Of a stretch of DNA of 64,000 bases, positions 53,829-63,771 are shown piece by piece. How positions within the stretch are numbered: position 1 is the stretch's first letter; the number at the start of each line of letters is the position of its first letter. Where the stretch lies: the IMG/VR virus record IMGVR_UViG_3300045988_121102; one strand, 5' to 3'. The translations under genes and the position numbers were made by a program. The notes below the pieces were generated by a model. It was not told where the DNA came from. It saw only the letters and a program-made list of their open reading frames with translations, and searched no databases. The stretch comes from a virus.

Positions 53829-54899
53829 TTATTCCTTTACTTTCAGAACATAGATGCTGTCCATGCCCTCAAAGGACGGCAGTGCAATCATAGACGCTGT
53901 AGTGAAATACTCTACCGGCGGTCCGTAGATGGTTTTTGTTGCAACTGCGATTCCGCTGTCCAGTACAGTTACATCTACATCAGCATTTCCTCTCAGGGTT
54001 CTCTCCTCCGGAGTTACGCCAGCCCAAGTATTACCAAGCGTACCATCGCCAATGATTGTTACGTAATCATCTGGGAAGAATCCTTTCTTGGTTCCGTCAA
54101 AATCCTGGTATTTCTTATCGTACAAAACCGGAATAAGACCTGTCTGCAACCGAAATACTTCTTTTGCCTTTGCCTGAGACATGAAGTCTACATTGACACC
54201 AGATGTGGTAATAAATGCATTCTTCATTTGTTTGCTCTTGATTAAGTAATTGAATGTCTTACTTGTCATAAGAGCATATCTCGGTGCTTCTCCGATACTT
54301 GTCAAGTAATCATAACCATTCTGAATGTCATCCAGAGGAGCAGCGCTATCTGCTTTATCCCATGTACTCGTTCCGCTCAGAGATGCATAGTGCTCGCCCT
54401 TCCAAGAAGAATCCTCATCGTAGTTGTACGCATAAATGGTATTGTCAGCTGCGCCAATGGTGATTTTCATTGCTCCATCAAGCGGTGCCAACAAGCTCAT
54501 TCTCATCTTTTCCATAGAAATTTCAGCACCGTTTACCAAGCTATTTACATCATCATAAATGTGGTTTAAAACCTCGTCGATATACGGATCATTGGAATCC
54601 TGCGCTCTCTGAATGTCCATCAGATCACGTTCATCAATCTTCATGGACTCACGGAAGATCGGCATCTCCTCTGTTTTGATTTGGAAACCTCCACGGGTTC
54701 TAATGGTTGCCATGCTGTCCAATGCAGACGGTTTCAGTGCAACGCCCAACCCCTTGTGCGCTTTGATCCATTTCAGGTCTATACCATTTTTCTTTCTAAC
54801 CGGGAACCATGTAGTACCCAGGAAAGGAATCGCATTACTTGCTTCTTCTGTTCTACGAAATGCAACAGCAGCCGTAGAGAAAACATCTGTTAAATTCAT
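53829..54899 (-). CDS. major capsid protein
   Basis: 356 aa. The call rests on its position after the scaffold and a strong AAAGGAG ribosome-binding site. Confidence 0.65.
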   Translation of the reverse strand: MNLTDVFSTAAVAFRRTEEASNAIPFLGTTWFPVRKKNGIDLKWIKAHKGLGVALKPSALDSMATIRTRGGFQIKTEEMPIFRESMKIDERDLMDIQRAQDSNDPYIDEVLNHIYDDVNSLVNGAEISMEKMRMSLLAPLDGAMKITIGAADNTIYAYNYDEDSSWKGEHYASLSGTSTWDKADSAAPLDDIQNGYDYLTSIGEAPRYALMTSKTFNYLIKSKQMKNAFITTSGVNVDFMSQAKAKEVFRLQTGLIPVLYDKKYQDFDGTKKGFFPDDYVTIIGDGTLGNTWAGVTPEERTLRGNADVDVTVLDSGIAVATKTIYGPPVEYFTTASMIALPSFEGMDSIYVLKVKE

Positions 54900-54913
54900 A
54901 AAACTCCTTTCTG

Positions 54914-54937
54914 CCCCTTAACTATTTGGGGTTAGCG
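54914..54937 (-). promoter_or_regulatory. late 5'-UTR hairpin motif, copy 3
   Basis: CGCTAACCCCAAATAGTTAAGGGG. Confidence 0.5.
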
Positions 54938-54960
54938 AATGTTATATTCGGTGTAATTAA

Positions 54961-55377
54961 TTATGATTGAGCTGCCGGGATAGTTCCAACAATCGGTGTA
55001 GCAGCCTCTTCAAAAACAATGCGGCATCCGGCATTTACCAGTGCAGCTACAAGCGCAGCATCATAGGTTAATCCACTGTTTTCCTGTGCTCTTTTTGTAT
55101 GGATATATGCTTTTTTAAGCACTGCCGCCTGCGGTCTACTCTCATATATATCATGACGCAGAAGACCAATTGCGCCTGTCCACGGTGTAGCAGATACCGG
55201 TCTGCCATCTTTGTCTACCGGTGTACCTGCCGGAACAATTTTTTCTCCATTGTCCGCAGTTTTTACCACTGACGTAAAATCAACGGTCATTGCCGTAGCT
55301 TCGCATTCTTTACGATTTAACACTTCTTTCTCCAAACCGACAGAAATGTTTTTTACTTTCATATCGCCTCTTGCCAT
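54961..55377 (-). CDS. capsid-associated (decoration-position) protein
   Basis: Positional call. Confidence 0.35.
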   Translation of the reverse strand: MARGDMKVKNISVGLEKEVLNRKECEATAMTVDFTSVVKTADNGEKIVPAGTPVDKDGRPVSATPWTGAIGLLRHDIYESRPQAAVLKKAYIHTKRAQENSGLTYDAALVAALVNAGCRIVFEEAATPIVGTIPAAQS

Positions 55378-55398
55378 CGTTAAACCTCCTTATTGGTT

Positions 55399-56079
55399 TT
55401 ACATATAATGTTTAATAATATCTGCATTGGCTGTTTTTTTTGATGAACCAGCGGATAACTGCTTTGCTTTCTGCATTGCAAGAGATTCACTTCCATCTCC
55501 ATGACCAGCAGAGAAATCTTTACGGGACGCTACGAATTCCTGCTCCCAAGCAGCCTTTAATGCTTTAATATGAGTTCCAATAGCTGAAAAAATCTTATCA
55601 GCATCCTGTTCCGTAATGGCTTGTGCAAGCTCTCTTGCCTCATCTTTTGCCATCCCGATCTCCTGACTCATACATCTTTCCGTGTACTCTCCAATCTGAA
55701 GCTTGTTTTCCAGCTCTTTAATCCGATTCTCACGTTCTTGCTCATGCTCTTGTTTGGCCTGCTGCTCTGCTTCCTCGGCTGTCATTTTGGCTCTTAATTG
55801 CTTTTTGAAGTTTGCCGCTTCTGTAGATGCGGTATTCTTTTCATTCTGCAATTTGGCACTTCTGGCTCTTTCTTCTGCCAACTGTGCCATCAATTCTTCT
55901 ACAGTCGGCTGTTTGTCGCCATCGCCTTCGCCACCACCACTACCATCATCGCCATCACCTACACCAGAATTTCCACCATCAGCACCAGTGCCGCCACCAT
56001 CAGCAAAAATCTGTAAGTGCATTGGAAACTTGTTACGTGTCTCGGAATTAAAAGTTCTACTGATTCTATTCAGCTTCAT
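55399..56079 (-). CDS. scaffolding protein
   Basis: ..MHLQIFADGGG.., a Gly/Asp-rich linker and a coiled coil. Confidence 0.6.
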   Translation of the reverse strand: MKLNRISRTFNSETRNKFPMHLQIFADGGGTGADGGNSGVGDGDDGSGGGEGDGDKQPTVEELMAQLAEERARSAKLQNEKNTASTEAANFKKQLRAKMTAEEAEQQAKQEHEQERENRIKELENKLQIGEYTERCMSQEIGMAKDEARELAQAITEQDADKIFSAIGTHIKALKAAWEQEFVASRKDFSAGHGDGSESLAMQKAKQLSAGSSKKTANADIIKHYM

Positions 56080-56224
56080 AATAAAAACCACCTTTCTAAA
56101 TTAGCTCTGTTTAAGCACATTTCTCTTGTGCCGACTCTTTAACGCCTTGTCGCAGGCGTTCGCTCCTTAAGGTTCTTCTCCAACCATTTATATAAAACGT
56201 CCAGTTCCCCGAACGTTATTTTTA

Positions 56225-56860
56225 TTACATGTATTTGATTGAGCATCGGCAGTTCACAATCTGACTTGTACTTGCTCCATATGAAGTGTCTTTAGGATAA
56301 TCCATGACGGAATCTCCTACCAAAAACGGCTCTGTAATTGGCTTAATGGTACCGCCGACTTCACGGTGATCCTTCCGCTCTCTTTTGTCCCGGATATCAA
56401 CCCATTTCTTTAAAGTGAATCCAGCAGCTATCGCATCCATGAAATCTTGATGATTCAAAGATGTATTTGATTCGTTCTCTGCCATATATTTAGCTCGGTC
56501 TGGAGAAACATAATACGGATCATCTGGATTATTCTGCGTTGCTTCAATGACATCATACGATAATGACTGAATGTAATTTTCCATATAGTCATCCAATGCT
56601 ACTGCACCAGCTATAGCACTACGATATTGATAAATGAATTGAGAACGCACAAATTCAAAATCTACAGTTCCATATTCTTGCATTGAAAACAGAAGTGCAA
56701 TTACAATTAAAAAGCTCTCTTCCATCTTCTTTGCAAGTTCTATTCTCTTTTTCTTATCCTCTTCGGATAAATCCATGTCTCCGAAATATTTTTCAAAATC
56801 AACGCTTCGCTTATTTTCAACAAAATCGTTGACTTCGTCAAAATTTCTAATTCCAATCAC
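56225..56860 (-). CDS. SPP1 gp7/Mu F-like head morphogenesis protein
   Basis: C-terminal ..IVNCRCS.. Confidence 0.6.
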   Translation of the reverse strand: MIGIRNFDEVNDFVENKRSVDFEKYFGDMDLSEEDKKKRIELAKKMEESFLIVIALLFSMQEYGTVDFEFVRSQFIYQYRSAIAGAVALDDYMENYIQSLSYDVIEATQNNPDDPYYVSPDRAKYMAENESNTSLNHQDFMDAIAAGFTLKKWVDIRDKRERKDHREVGGTIKPITEPFLVGDSVMDYPKDTSYGASTSQIVNCRCSIKYM

Positions 56861-56874
56861 AAGGCATTCCTCCT

Positions 56875-58440
56875 TTACGACTGAACTTTACTATCATCAG
56901 TATTCATTCCGTCAATAATGGGAGAATTTCCAGTCTGATTGATTGGATCGCCCGAAGTATTAAAATTATGTTCCTGAGATGCATCAGAAGCAGATCCGCT
57001 ACTCTTCATATTCTCTTGGAGAGCATCTAACATATCCTTGGAATCCAGATATACTTGCTCAGTATCCTCGAACGCATCCACCATTTTAAGAATATGTCGC
57101 GGATGTATTCCGGCATTGAAATATGTCGCAAACGTATTCGCCTTAACACTCATGTCTGTGTTTTTCTTGCGCGTGAAGTGCAAATCGATATCACTGGTAT
57201 GAATCAATCGAATTGGCGCATCCATCGGAAGTTTTCTTTCTGGCACTTTAGCAATCGCTTTCAAAATCAGTGATAATTCTTCACGTTTACCATGTGCGAT
57301 CATCTGTTGCTCACGAACCGCATCCAGTTCTGTGGCACTCCAGCCTGCTGACATATCTGTGGCGCTTCCTGTTGAACCACCACCAGAATTGTCATATTGA
57401 AGAGGGATCTTACAATCTTGCAGAATTTCTGTTCTGGTAGTCTGAATAGCATTCAATGTACTAGAACCATCAAACGTACTGGAAAGCGGTTGTATCTTAG
57501 ATACTTTTCCATCGTCAGAAAAGGTGCACACCCATTCTCCACTCTTAGGACTTCTGCTTTTTCCGTCTTTATCTATAAACGATACGTTATCAGCCCACCA
57601 TATTTCCTGTGTGCGTTGTGCTACATCATTGGTGAAATCCGAAAGCAGAACATTCAGTGCATCCATTCTGGCTATTTCTCGTTCAAAACATCCAGTGCGG
57701 TCGAAAGCACGTTCATACTCAACAATCGGTATTTTCTCAAGCGGATTTTTTTCTTCGCTAACAATTTCTCCGTTTTCTACTTCAAATCTGCTCTTATCTG
57801 TATAGCAGGTAAAGTATTCCGAACCATCACGGCAGGAAAAACTCACACCTAATACTTTTTTTTGACCAGGACCATCATAATAAACCACAAAAGCATACTG
57901 TGAATCCAATGTATATAAATCCACCAGAGAACCATCGTCCCAATCATCCGTCTTGATATCAACCATTCGATGACCAATACCACACACTTCAACAAATTCT
58001 GCCATGCACTGATCTAGCCATCCAATGTTTTCCCCGTTGATTAGAGTTTCATTCAAGGCAGAAATTCCAGAATCGTCTGTATTGGAATCTGTATCGTGCA
58101 ACTCTTTATTACCGCGCTGCACCATCGTAACCGGGTTTCCCCAGTTATACGCGATTTTGAACTCTTTCACATAATTCGCCAAATTTGCATGTACTCGGAT
58201 GTCGATATCTGGACGTATTGTTTTTGGACGAACAAGAGGCTGTTTTCCACGTTCATACTCAATCAGGAACTTCATCTCTTTGACATTTTCTCTGTGGATA
58301 TTCATTGCTTTATCCAATACTTCCAAAAGATTGTTTCTGTCTATATTTTTATACCTGCTATAAATTCTTTTTCTCCCTATCAACTGTCTTGGCCTACCAT
58401 TGATGGCAATTACTTTCTCTTCTGATTCCATGCAAAACAC
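56875..58440 (-). CDS. portal protein
   Basis: 521 aa, between the terminase and the head morphogenesis gene. Confidence 0.7.
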   Translation of the reverse strand: MFCMESEEKVIAINGRPRQLIGRKRIYSRYKNIDRNNLLEVLDKAMNIHRENVKEMKFLIEYERGKQPLVRPKTIRPDIDIRVHANLANYVKEFKIAYNWGNPVTMVQRGNKELHDTDSNTDDSGISALNETLINGENIGWLDQCMAEFVEVCGIGHRMVDIKTDDWDDGSLVDLYTLDSQYAFVVYYDGPGQKKVLGVSFSCRDGSEYFTCYTDKSRFEVENGEIVSEEKNPLEKIPIVEYERAFDRTGCFEREIARMDALNVLLSDFTNDVAQRTQEIWWADNVSFIDKDGKSRSPKSGEWVCTFSDDGKVSKIQPLSSTFDGSSTLNAIQTTRTEILQDCKIPLQYDNSGGGSTGSATDMSAGWSATELDAVREQQMIAHGKREELSLILKAIAKVPERKLPMDAPIRLIHTSDIDLHFTRKKNTDMSVKANTFATYFNAGIHPRHILKMVDAFEDTEQVYLDSKDMLDALQENMKSSGSASDASQEHNFNTSGDPINQTGNSPIIDGMNTDDSKVQS

Positions 58441-58541
58441 ACCTCCCTTCTATTCAAAAAGAAAAGCGCCTGGAATTCTCCAAACGCTCTAAATACATTT
58501 TTACGATATTATTGTACAATAGTTATATGTATGCTAAAAAG

Positions 58542-58955
58542 TCACTTTTTTCGAACATTTAATAAAGCAAGAAAATATCTTCTCCTATCATTCATCGCAC
58601 TCTGTGAACAAGGAACTCCCATCACTCCACGCAAATAGGCATACGAACAATCACGGTCACAAACGAACTTAATGATAAATTTCCATAAGTCTGCATCTAC
58701 TTCTTTTGCCGTATTTTCAATCAAATCAATCTTTTGCTGTAAAGCCGTGTGTCTCATTGCGAGTTCTGCCGTTGGATCGCTTTTATTGTTGGTCCTTGAA
58801 AATGGCATACCATTAAATCCGGTACTATGAACGGTATCTTTGTTATACAGCAATTCGTCTTTCCATTCCTGGTACTGTTCGCAAAAGGCGATCAATTCTC
58901 TCCTACGTGCCGGTGTCATGTTGTAATCTTTATAAGTGAATTTTCGTTTATTCAT
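58542..58955 (-). CDS. hypothetical protein (possible ArpU/RinA-like late regulator)
   Basis: 137 aa between terL and the portal gene. The family assignment is a weak resemblance from memory only. Confidence 0.3.
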   Translation of the reverse strand: MNKRKFTYKDYNMTPARRRELIAFCEQYQEWKDELLYNKDTVHSTGFNGMPFSRTNNKSDPTAELAMRHTALQQKIDLIENTAKEVDADLWKFIIKFVCDRDCSYAYLRGVMGVPCSQSAMNDRRRYFLALLNVRKK

Positions 58956-58963
58956 GATACCTC

Positions 58964-61705
58964 CTAAAATGGACTTGTCATAATTCTGGTTCGTGAAACT
59001 CCACTGCCCTTATTCAAAAATACTGCTAATGCCGCCAATGAGTCCGGTGCATCATCATGCTTATTTTTACCAGTGATTGTAAAACTGTAAACTTGATTAA
59101 GAAACTTTCGATATTCTTTTGATTGACAACCTGAATCTCGAAAATAAAAGCTCCGAATAGCTTGTGCATTATCCCATATTCTTTGTTCCTTTCGTTGCGA
59201 TGTTTTTTTTCCTCCTTTTCCGGCATTGACGATCATCTGTTGTGCAAATCTGGAAATCAAATTGATTTGAACTCCACGTTCTTTCAGCATTCCATTTATA
59301 TCATCCTTGTAACCTTCGCCACCATTATTCGCCTCAAAAAAGGCATTCGACACATGATTCCTGATTAACGCATCCAAGACTTTCGGCTGTGTAATCATCT
59401 TTTCGCTGCTATCAAACACAACGTCATGAATGTAAACCGAACCATCTTCATATACATAAGCAATTGGCATGGAAAGATAGTCTGTTCCGCCCAAAGCCAC
59501 ATCACACGCAGCGACCACTTTCAGCGGTGCCACATCAGGCAACACACCATTGTAAAAATTCATATGCTCTGGGTTAAATACCGCGCCATCACGTTCAATC
59601 GGTTCCTGCTGACATTGTGCGAACCACGATGCCATATCGTCATTTTCTTCAAATTTTGCACGTTCAATTCGATAATATTTCGTACTGAACCCGACATTAT
59701 AATCATAATCAAAGTTGGATTCATCTGTTTCTGGGTCTAGCGCCGGTATCTTTAAAACTTCCCATCTGATTCCTTTTGCCTCTGGATTGTTCTCCAGAAA
59801 TCCCATACGATTCATATAGATATCATGCAGACTCCAAATGGTTCCGTTATAAAGGACCTTGCATTTCTCTTTTTTACGTTTCATAAGGTTGTTATCAAAC
59901 AACATCTGCTTTCGTGCTAAAACATCCGGACTCAAAACATCCTCAATACCTGCCAAAATATCATCCGCTACCAGCCATCCGGTCGCATCGTACAAACCGT
60001 TCAAACCAGATGTCAGACCTTTTCCAGACAATGACTTGTATTTCTTCTTGCGCTCCAAATCAACGGTATTAGCTTTAGCATCAGTGGATACGATTCTGGC
60101 ATTTGGAAAAACATCTGTATGTAGATAAATCGGATCTGTCCATATTTCCTTTACGCCATCAAGAAATGCCCCTCCAGCATCCTCTTTATATGAACAGTAA
60201 AGATTACTCAGCTCTGTATTTCGGCAGCAATGCCATGCCATTCCAAGTGTGATTATCTGCGTATTATGTGTTGGAACCATTGTTTTCCCAACCAAATACA
60301 AACCATCACTATTTGAAACCGTAATGCAGTTGCCTTGTTTTGGAATGCTTCTTGTGATTGATTTGATAGAAATCCTATGTTTCTTTGAAAATTCTTTTAG
60401 TTTCTTTCGTTCGATTGTACATGGTATTTCAATTGTTGGATTAAATCCAATGGTATATACTGCATTTCTACCAATTACACCACTGCTTGATATTTTCGGT
60501 TCTTTCTTTTTTATAGATGCTCTCCATCCAAACGTGGATATTAAAGAAACAAAGTCGTTTTTTAACGTTTCATTTGCGGTTGAAAACTGATATCTTCTTT
60601 CTTTTCTAATCAAACATCCATCCGTGTCCAGCAAGCCCGCCAAAAGTTCCAGTCGCTGCTTTACAGAAGCACATAAATATTCTTTCGGTATGTGTTTATT
60701 ACAAATTTTCGTATAATAACACATATCATAAGTTCTTAAATCGTCTACCAGTTCCCTGCCAAATACTGTTGTTATTACCCCTGTCGTTTTATGAACGTAT
60801 TGATGTTTTATTGGATATCCATACTTTACAATTTTATCGACAATAGCAGAATCCGATTGAGGCCCAGAAATGGCAGGCTTTTTATTGGTTCCATCACCCA
60901 ACCAGGCCCCTAAAACATACGGATGTACTTTTAGTTGCATTTCCGTTCCTGCCATTATCGGCTTTTGAGGAAGATAAAATCTATATCTATCATTAAATCG
61001 TTCTTTTCCTATTAAGTTTTGAGTTTCTTCTGTTTCCCAGACACCTCTTTTTTTGTCATAGACAGTCCATTCGTGTCTAAAGTGGCATTCAATCTTTGTG
61101 CCATCGGACAATTCCACTGTATGAGTTGTATGATATTTAGGATGAACGCAAATCACTGTAGTAAACTTTCCATCGCTACCAATGACTTGATCTCCTAATT
61201 TTAATTCTCCGTGAGTTTTCCATCCACTCTTTGTAAACACTGGCGTATCATCGGCTAATAGCTTACCAACACGCGCCGGCATGTGAATAAATCCCTCATC
61301 CAGCTGATCATCTTCCAGTCGTTGAAGCAGATTGACAACCTTTATCAATGTCTTGCGTCTAGGCTGATAAAAGCGTTCCTGGGGTTTTCTATCCTTTTCA
61401 ACATACAAAGCATAAGAATCCAACAGATCTGGAGCTTCAAATAAAAGCAACTGCCAGTACAAATCATCAAAATTTCCACTTCCTGTTTGTGCTGCCCTAT
61501 AAGCCGCCATCTGATGCAAATATTGACTGATTTTCAACGCACAGTCTTTAACATCCTTATGTTCAGCGAATACATAATCGCTACGCATATTCAAAATAAG
61601 CTGAAACAAATCTTCCTGGCTTTGATAATCTTTCAAACCACATTTCATAATCCGGTCCGCAATGTATTTATACCATTCAAGACTGCCCTCTATTAATTTT
61701 GACAT
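58964..61705 (-). CDS. terL: terminase large subunit (intein-containing precursor)
   Basis: The exteins rejoin to give PARVGK|TQIITLG (Walker A GKT). The nuclease half lies downstream. Confidence 0.8.
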   Translation of the reverse strand: MSKLIEGSLEWYKYIADRIMKCGLKDYQSQEDLFQLILNMRSDYVFAEHKDVKDCALKISQYLHQMAAYRAAQTGSGNFDDLYWQLLLFEAPDLLDSYALYVEKDRKPQERFYQPRRKTLIKVVNLLQRLEDDQLDEGFIHMPARVGKLLADDTPVFTKSGWKTHGELKLGDQVIGSDGKFTTVICVHPKYHTTHTVELSDGTKIECHFRHEWTVYDKKRGVWETEETQNLIGKERFNDRYRFYLPQKPIMAGTEMQLKVHPYVLGAWLGDGTNKKPAISGPQSDSAIVDKIVKYGYPIKHQYVHKTTGVITTVFGRELVDDLRTYDMCYYTKICNKHIPKEYLCASVKQRLELLAGLLDTDGCLIRKERRYQFSTANETLKNDFVSLISTFGWRASIKKKEPKISSSGVIGRNAVYTIGFNPTIEIPCTIERKKLKEFSKKHRISIKSITRSIPKQGNCITVSNSDGLYLVGKTMVPTHNTQIITLGMAWHCCRNTELSNLYCSYKEDAGGAFLDGVKEIWTDPIYLHTDVFPNARIVSTDAKANTVDLERKKKYKSLSGKGLTSGLNGLYDATGWLVADDILAGIEDVLSPDVLARKQMLFDNNLMKRKKEKCKVLYNGTIWSLHDIYMNRMGFLENNPEAKGIRWEVLKIPALDPETDESNFDYDYNVGFSTKYYRIERAKFEENDDMASWFAQCQQEPIERDGAVFNPEHMNFYNGVLPDVAPLKVVAACDVALGGTDYLSMPIAYVYEDGSVYIHDVVFDSSEKMITQPKVLDALIRNHVSNAFFEANNGGEGYKDDINGMLKERGVQINLISRFAQQMIVNAGKGGKKTSQRKEQRIWDNAQAIRSFYFRDSGCQSKEYRKFLNQVYSFTITGKNKHDDAPDSLAALAVFLNKGSGVSRTRIMTSPF
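60263..61261 (-). mobile_element. intein (333 aa) with LAGLIDADG homing endonuclease
   Basis: N-terminal LLADDTPV, block B ..CHFRHEW, LAGLIDADG motifs LGAWLGDG and LLAGLLDTDG, block F GNCITV, and a C-terminal VPTHN|T. Confidence 0.75.
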
Positions 61706-61785
61706 ATAAAAAGAACCACGCTCCCCCTTTATCAAAAAGTGAAGTCATGGCTCTCTAAATATTGGCTCTCTTGACTAACTATCCA

Positions 61786-61983
61786 TTATTCTGTTAATGA
61801 TTGGCATAGTGAAACAAAATCGTTTCTACTCAAATTTTTCAATTGCTTAGTTGCCAATTCGTGTGTGTATACTGGTCTCCCCATTAACTTGTATGCGTAC
61901 TGATAGACATATTTCCTATCCTCTCCCGTCAGCATACAAATTCCCGTATAAACTTCCACAATAGCTGCTTCCTGTTTTGTCAT
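61786..61983 (-). CDS. hypothetical protein
   Basis: 65-aa ORF. Confidence 0.4.
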   Translation of the reverse strand: MTKQEAAIVEVYTGICMLTGEDRKYVYQYAYKLMGRPVYTHELATKQLKNLSRNDFVSLCQSLTE

Positions 61984-62303
61984 TTAAGCAGATTCCCCCA
62001 TTCCAATAATCCATTGAAATCTATTAAATCAGTGTTGCATATTTTCCCATCATCAGTGCAATAGCAATAACCCGTAATAGGCTGCTGCAATAGTTTATGC
62101 CGCATGATGCATTTGGAAAAGCCATTGAACGATCGTTTCTTGTCTCCATATGGAATAAATGAAATTAATACCTTTCCAGGATCAGTGCGATTAGAACGAA
62201 TAATGAGTTTTCCCCACAAATTCACAACTCCGCTATTGTAGGTTATTCCTATTCTTGCCATACCTAAGATGACCTTGTATTTTGATTGAACATCATTCGA
62301 CAT
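61980..62303 (-). CDS. hypothetical protein
   Basis: 107-aa ORF. Confidence 0.4.
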   Translation of the reverse strand: MSNDVQSKYKVILGMARIGITYNSGVVNLWGKLIIRSNRTDPGKVLISFIPYGDKKRSFNGFSKCIMRHKLLQQPITGYCYCTDDGKICNTDLIDFNGLLEWGNLLK

Positions 62304-62553
62304 TAATAATAAACTTTCCTTTGCATTTACTGCCCCGACAAATATAGGGCATCATATGTATCTTTGTTTCATAAAAAATTCGAATAGCCTTTTTATGACA
62401 AAATGGACAGATGATCCACACCTGTCCATCCGAAAGTATTTTTTTATCAGCTATTCTATTCCATCCCTCTTCTGGTGGATTCATGTTTTTTGAAAAATCA
62501 CTCATAGCTTTCCAGCCCTTAAAGTAGACCGGCCGTTTCCTGTAAATTCGCAT
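62293..62553 (-). CDS. zinc-ribbon protein
   Basis: CPFCHKK...CRGSKCKGK. Confidence 0.4.
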   Translation of the reverse strand: MRIYRKRPVYFKGWKAMSDFSKNMNPPEEGWNRIADKKILSDGQVWIICPFCHKKAIRIFYETKIHMMPYICRGSKCKGKFIINVE

Positions 62554-62851
62554 ACATACAAGCCAGCGTATTGACAGTTACTCGTAGCTGATTGATTCTA
62601 ACGCAGTCTTCTTGATATCTACTTTCCAAATACTTACCTCTGTCCTTAAGATCGGTCAACTGCTTTTGAGTCTCCAACAGGTCCTTATTAGCTTTGTTTA
62701 GTTGTTCCTTTAAATCAGAAATTAAAATCTCTGAGTCAAGATTCTGTGCTATCACTGTTCCCCTCCCATTGTTCGCAAGCATCGTCCCAAAAACGAAAGT
62801 CTGCACGATACTCTGAATCTCCATTACAGCATACGCCCTCATAGTGAGCAT
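62519..62851 (-). CDS. coiled-coil protein (start uncertain)
   Basis: ..LKEQLNKANKDLLETQKQLTDLKDRGKYLESRY.. Confidence 0.35.
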   Translation of the reverse strand: MLTMRAYAVMEIQSIVQTFVFGTMLANNGRGTVIAQNLDSEILISDLKEQLNKANKDLLETQKQLTDLKDRGKYLESRYQEDCVRINQLRVTVNTLACMYANLQETAGLL

Positions 62852-63081
62852 AGCATTTACAAGTGCAACAATATCGTTTTTCTTTTTGTTTTTCCATAAT
62901 CCAGCAAGTGGAGTCGAACCACCTAAAAATACGTCTCCACCGCCTGGAGCTTGCCGGAATACACAACATTCGTATTCCGTTCCGAACTGTTGTGTTATAT
63001 GTACGTTTCCCCGGTATATCGCACACGTTCCTCATTTTAGGCATTATCATAACCCAACTTTTATTTTGCCGGACAAGGAAA

Positions 63082-63155
63082 TGGACCATCAGGGAATTGA
63101 ACCCCGGACACACGGCTTATAAGGCCGCCGCTCTAACCGTCTGAGCTAATGGTCC
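63082..63155 (-). tRNA. tRNA-Ile (anticodon UAU)
   Basis: Perfect 7-bp acceptor stem GGACCAT/ATGGTCC, a D arm, the anticodon loop CTTATAA and a T arm CGGGG-TTCAATT-CCCTG. Confidence 0.85.
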
Positions 63156-63295
63156 TTAGCAGAAGGCAGATTGGGTAAAATCCTTCTGCTGTTGCAGTTC
63201 ACAAACCACCAGCCGCAACAAAGGTATTATCCACAGAGGGTATCAATGTGAATAATCGGGCACCCTGTTAGCCGGGAAGCACAGAGTATCCCGAA

Positions 63296-63368
<73 letters not shown>

Positions 63369-63382
63369 AAAACGAATATCTA

Positions 63383-63658
63383 CTATTCGTTTAATGACTC
63401 TCTGAATGGCTGATGCGTCCAGAATTTGATGTCATGATGAGCTGGAACATCATACACAATGCCGGTGGTCGGAACTTTGCACGAACGTGCCTTTCTGACA
63501 ACCTTCTCAAAGCTACCAAATTTATCAATCTGAATGCGTTTTCCCTTTTTCAGTTCACGCCGCATGACTTCCAGAAACTTATCAACGATGATCTTGGTCT
63601 CATTTTCCTCAATGCCAGTTTCTTTAGCAACCATTCTAATCATTTCTAGTCTGTGCAT
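63383..63658 (-). CDS. HU/IHF-family DNA-binding protein
   Basis: ..IQIDKFGSFEKVVRKARSCKVPTTG.. matches the HU beta-arm pattern. Confidence 0.75.
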   Translation of the reverse strand: MHRLEMIRMVAKETGIEENETKIIVDKFLEVMRRELKKGKRIQIDKFGSFEKVVRKARSCKVPTTGIVYDVPAHHDIKFWTHQPFRESLNE

Positions 63659-63690
63659 ACTCTTTCACTTCCTTTCCTTAATGCTGTTAA

Positions 63691-63771
63691 TACAGATAGT
63701 GGGACTTGAACCCACATGATGTAAATCGTCAGATTTTGAGTCTGATGCGTCTTCCATTCCGCCATATCTGC
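63691..63771 (-). tRNA. tRNA-Leu (anticodon CAA), class II
   Basis: Anticodon loop CTCAAAA, a long variable arm and the T arm GTGGG-TTCAAGT-CCCAC. Confidence 0.8.

Noticed and set aside
62885-62990. A tRNA-like T arm plus acceptor sequence (AGGTGG-TTCGACT-CCACTT-GCTGGA) upstream of the small genes.
   Set aside because: No D arm or anticodon arm can be built, and only a 5-bp acceptor-like helix forms. The region overlaps plausible coding sequence (MEKQKEKRYCCTCKC..). It was therefore not called as a tRNA.
63156-63295. A 140-nt spacer between tRNA-Thr and tRNA-Ile that might hide another tRNA or a tmRNA-like gene.
   Set aside because: It folds into two simple hairpins (GUUGC..GCAAC and GCAGAAGG..CCUUCUGC). 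No cloverleaf or T-loop consensus is present.
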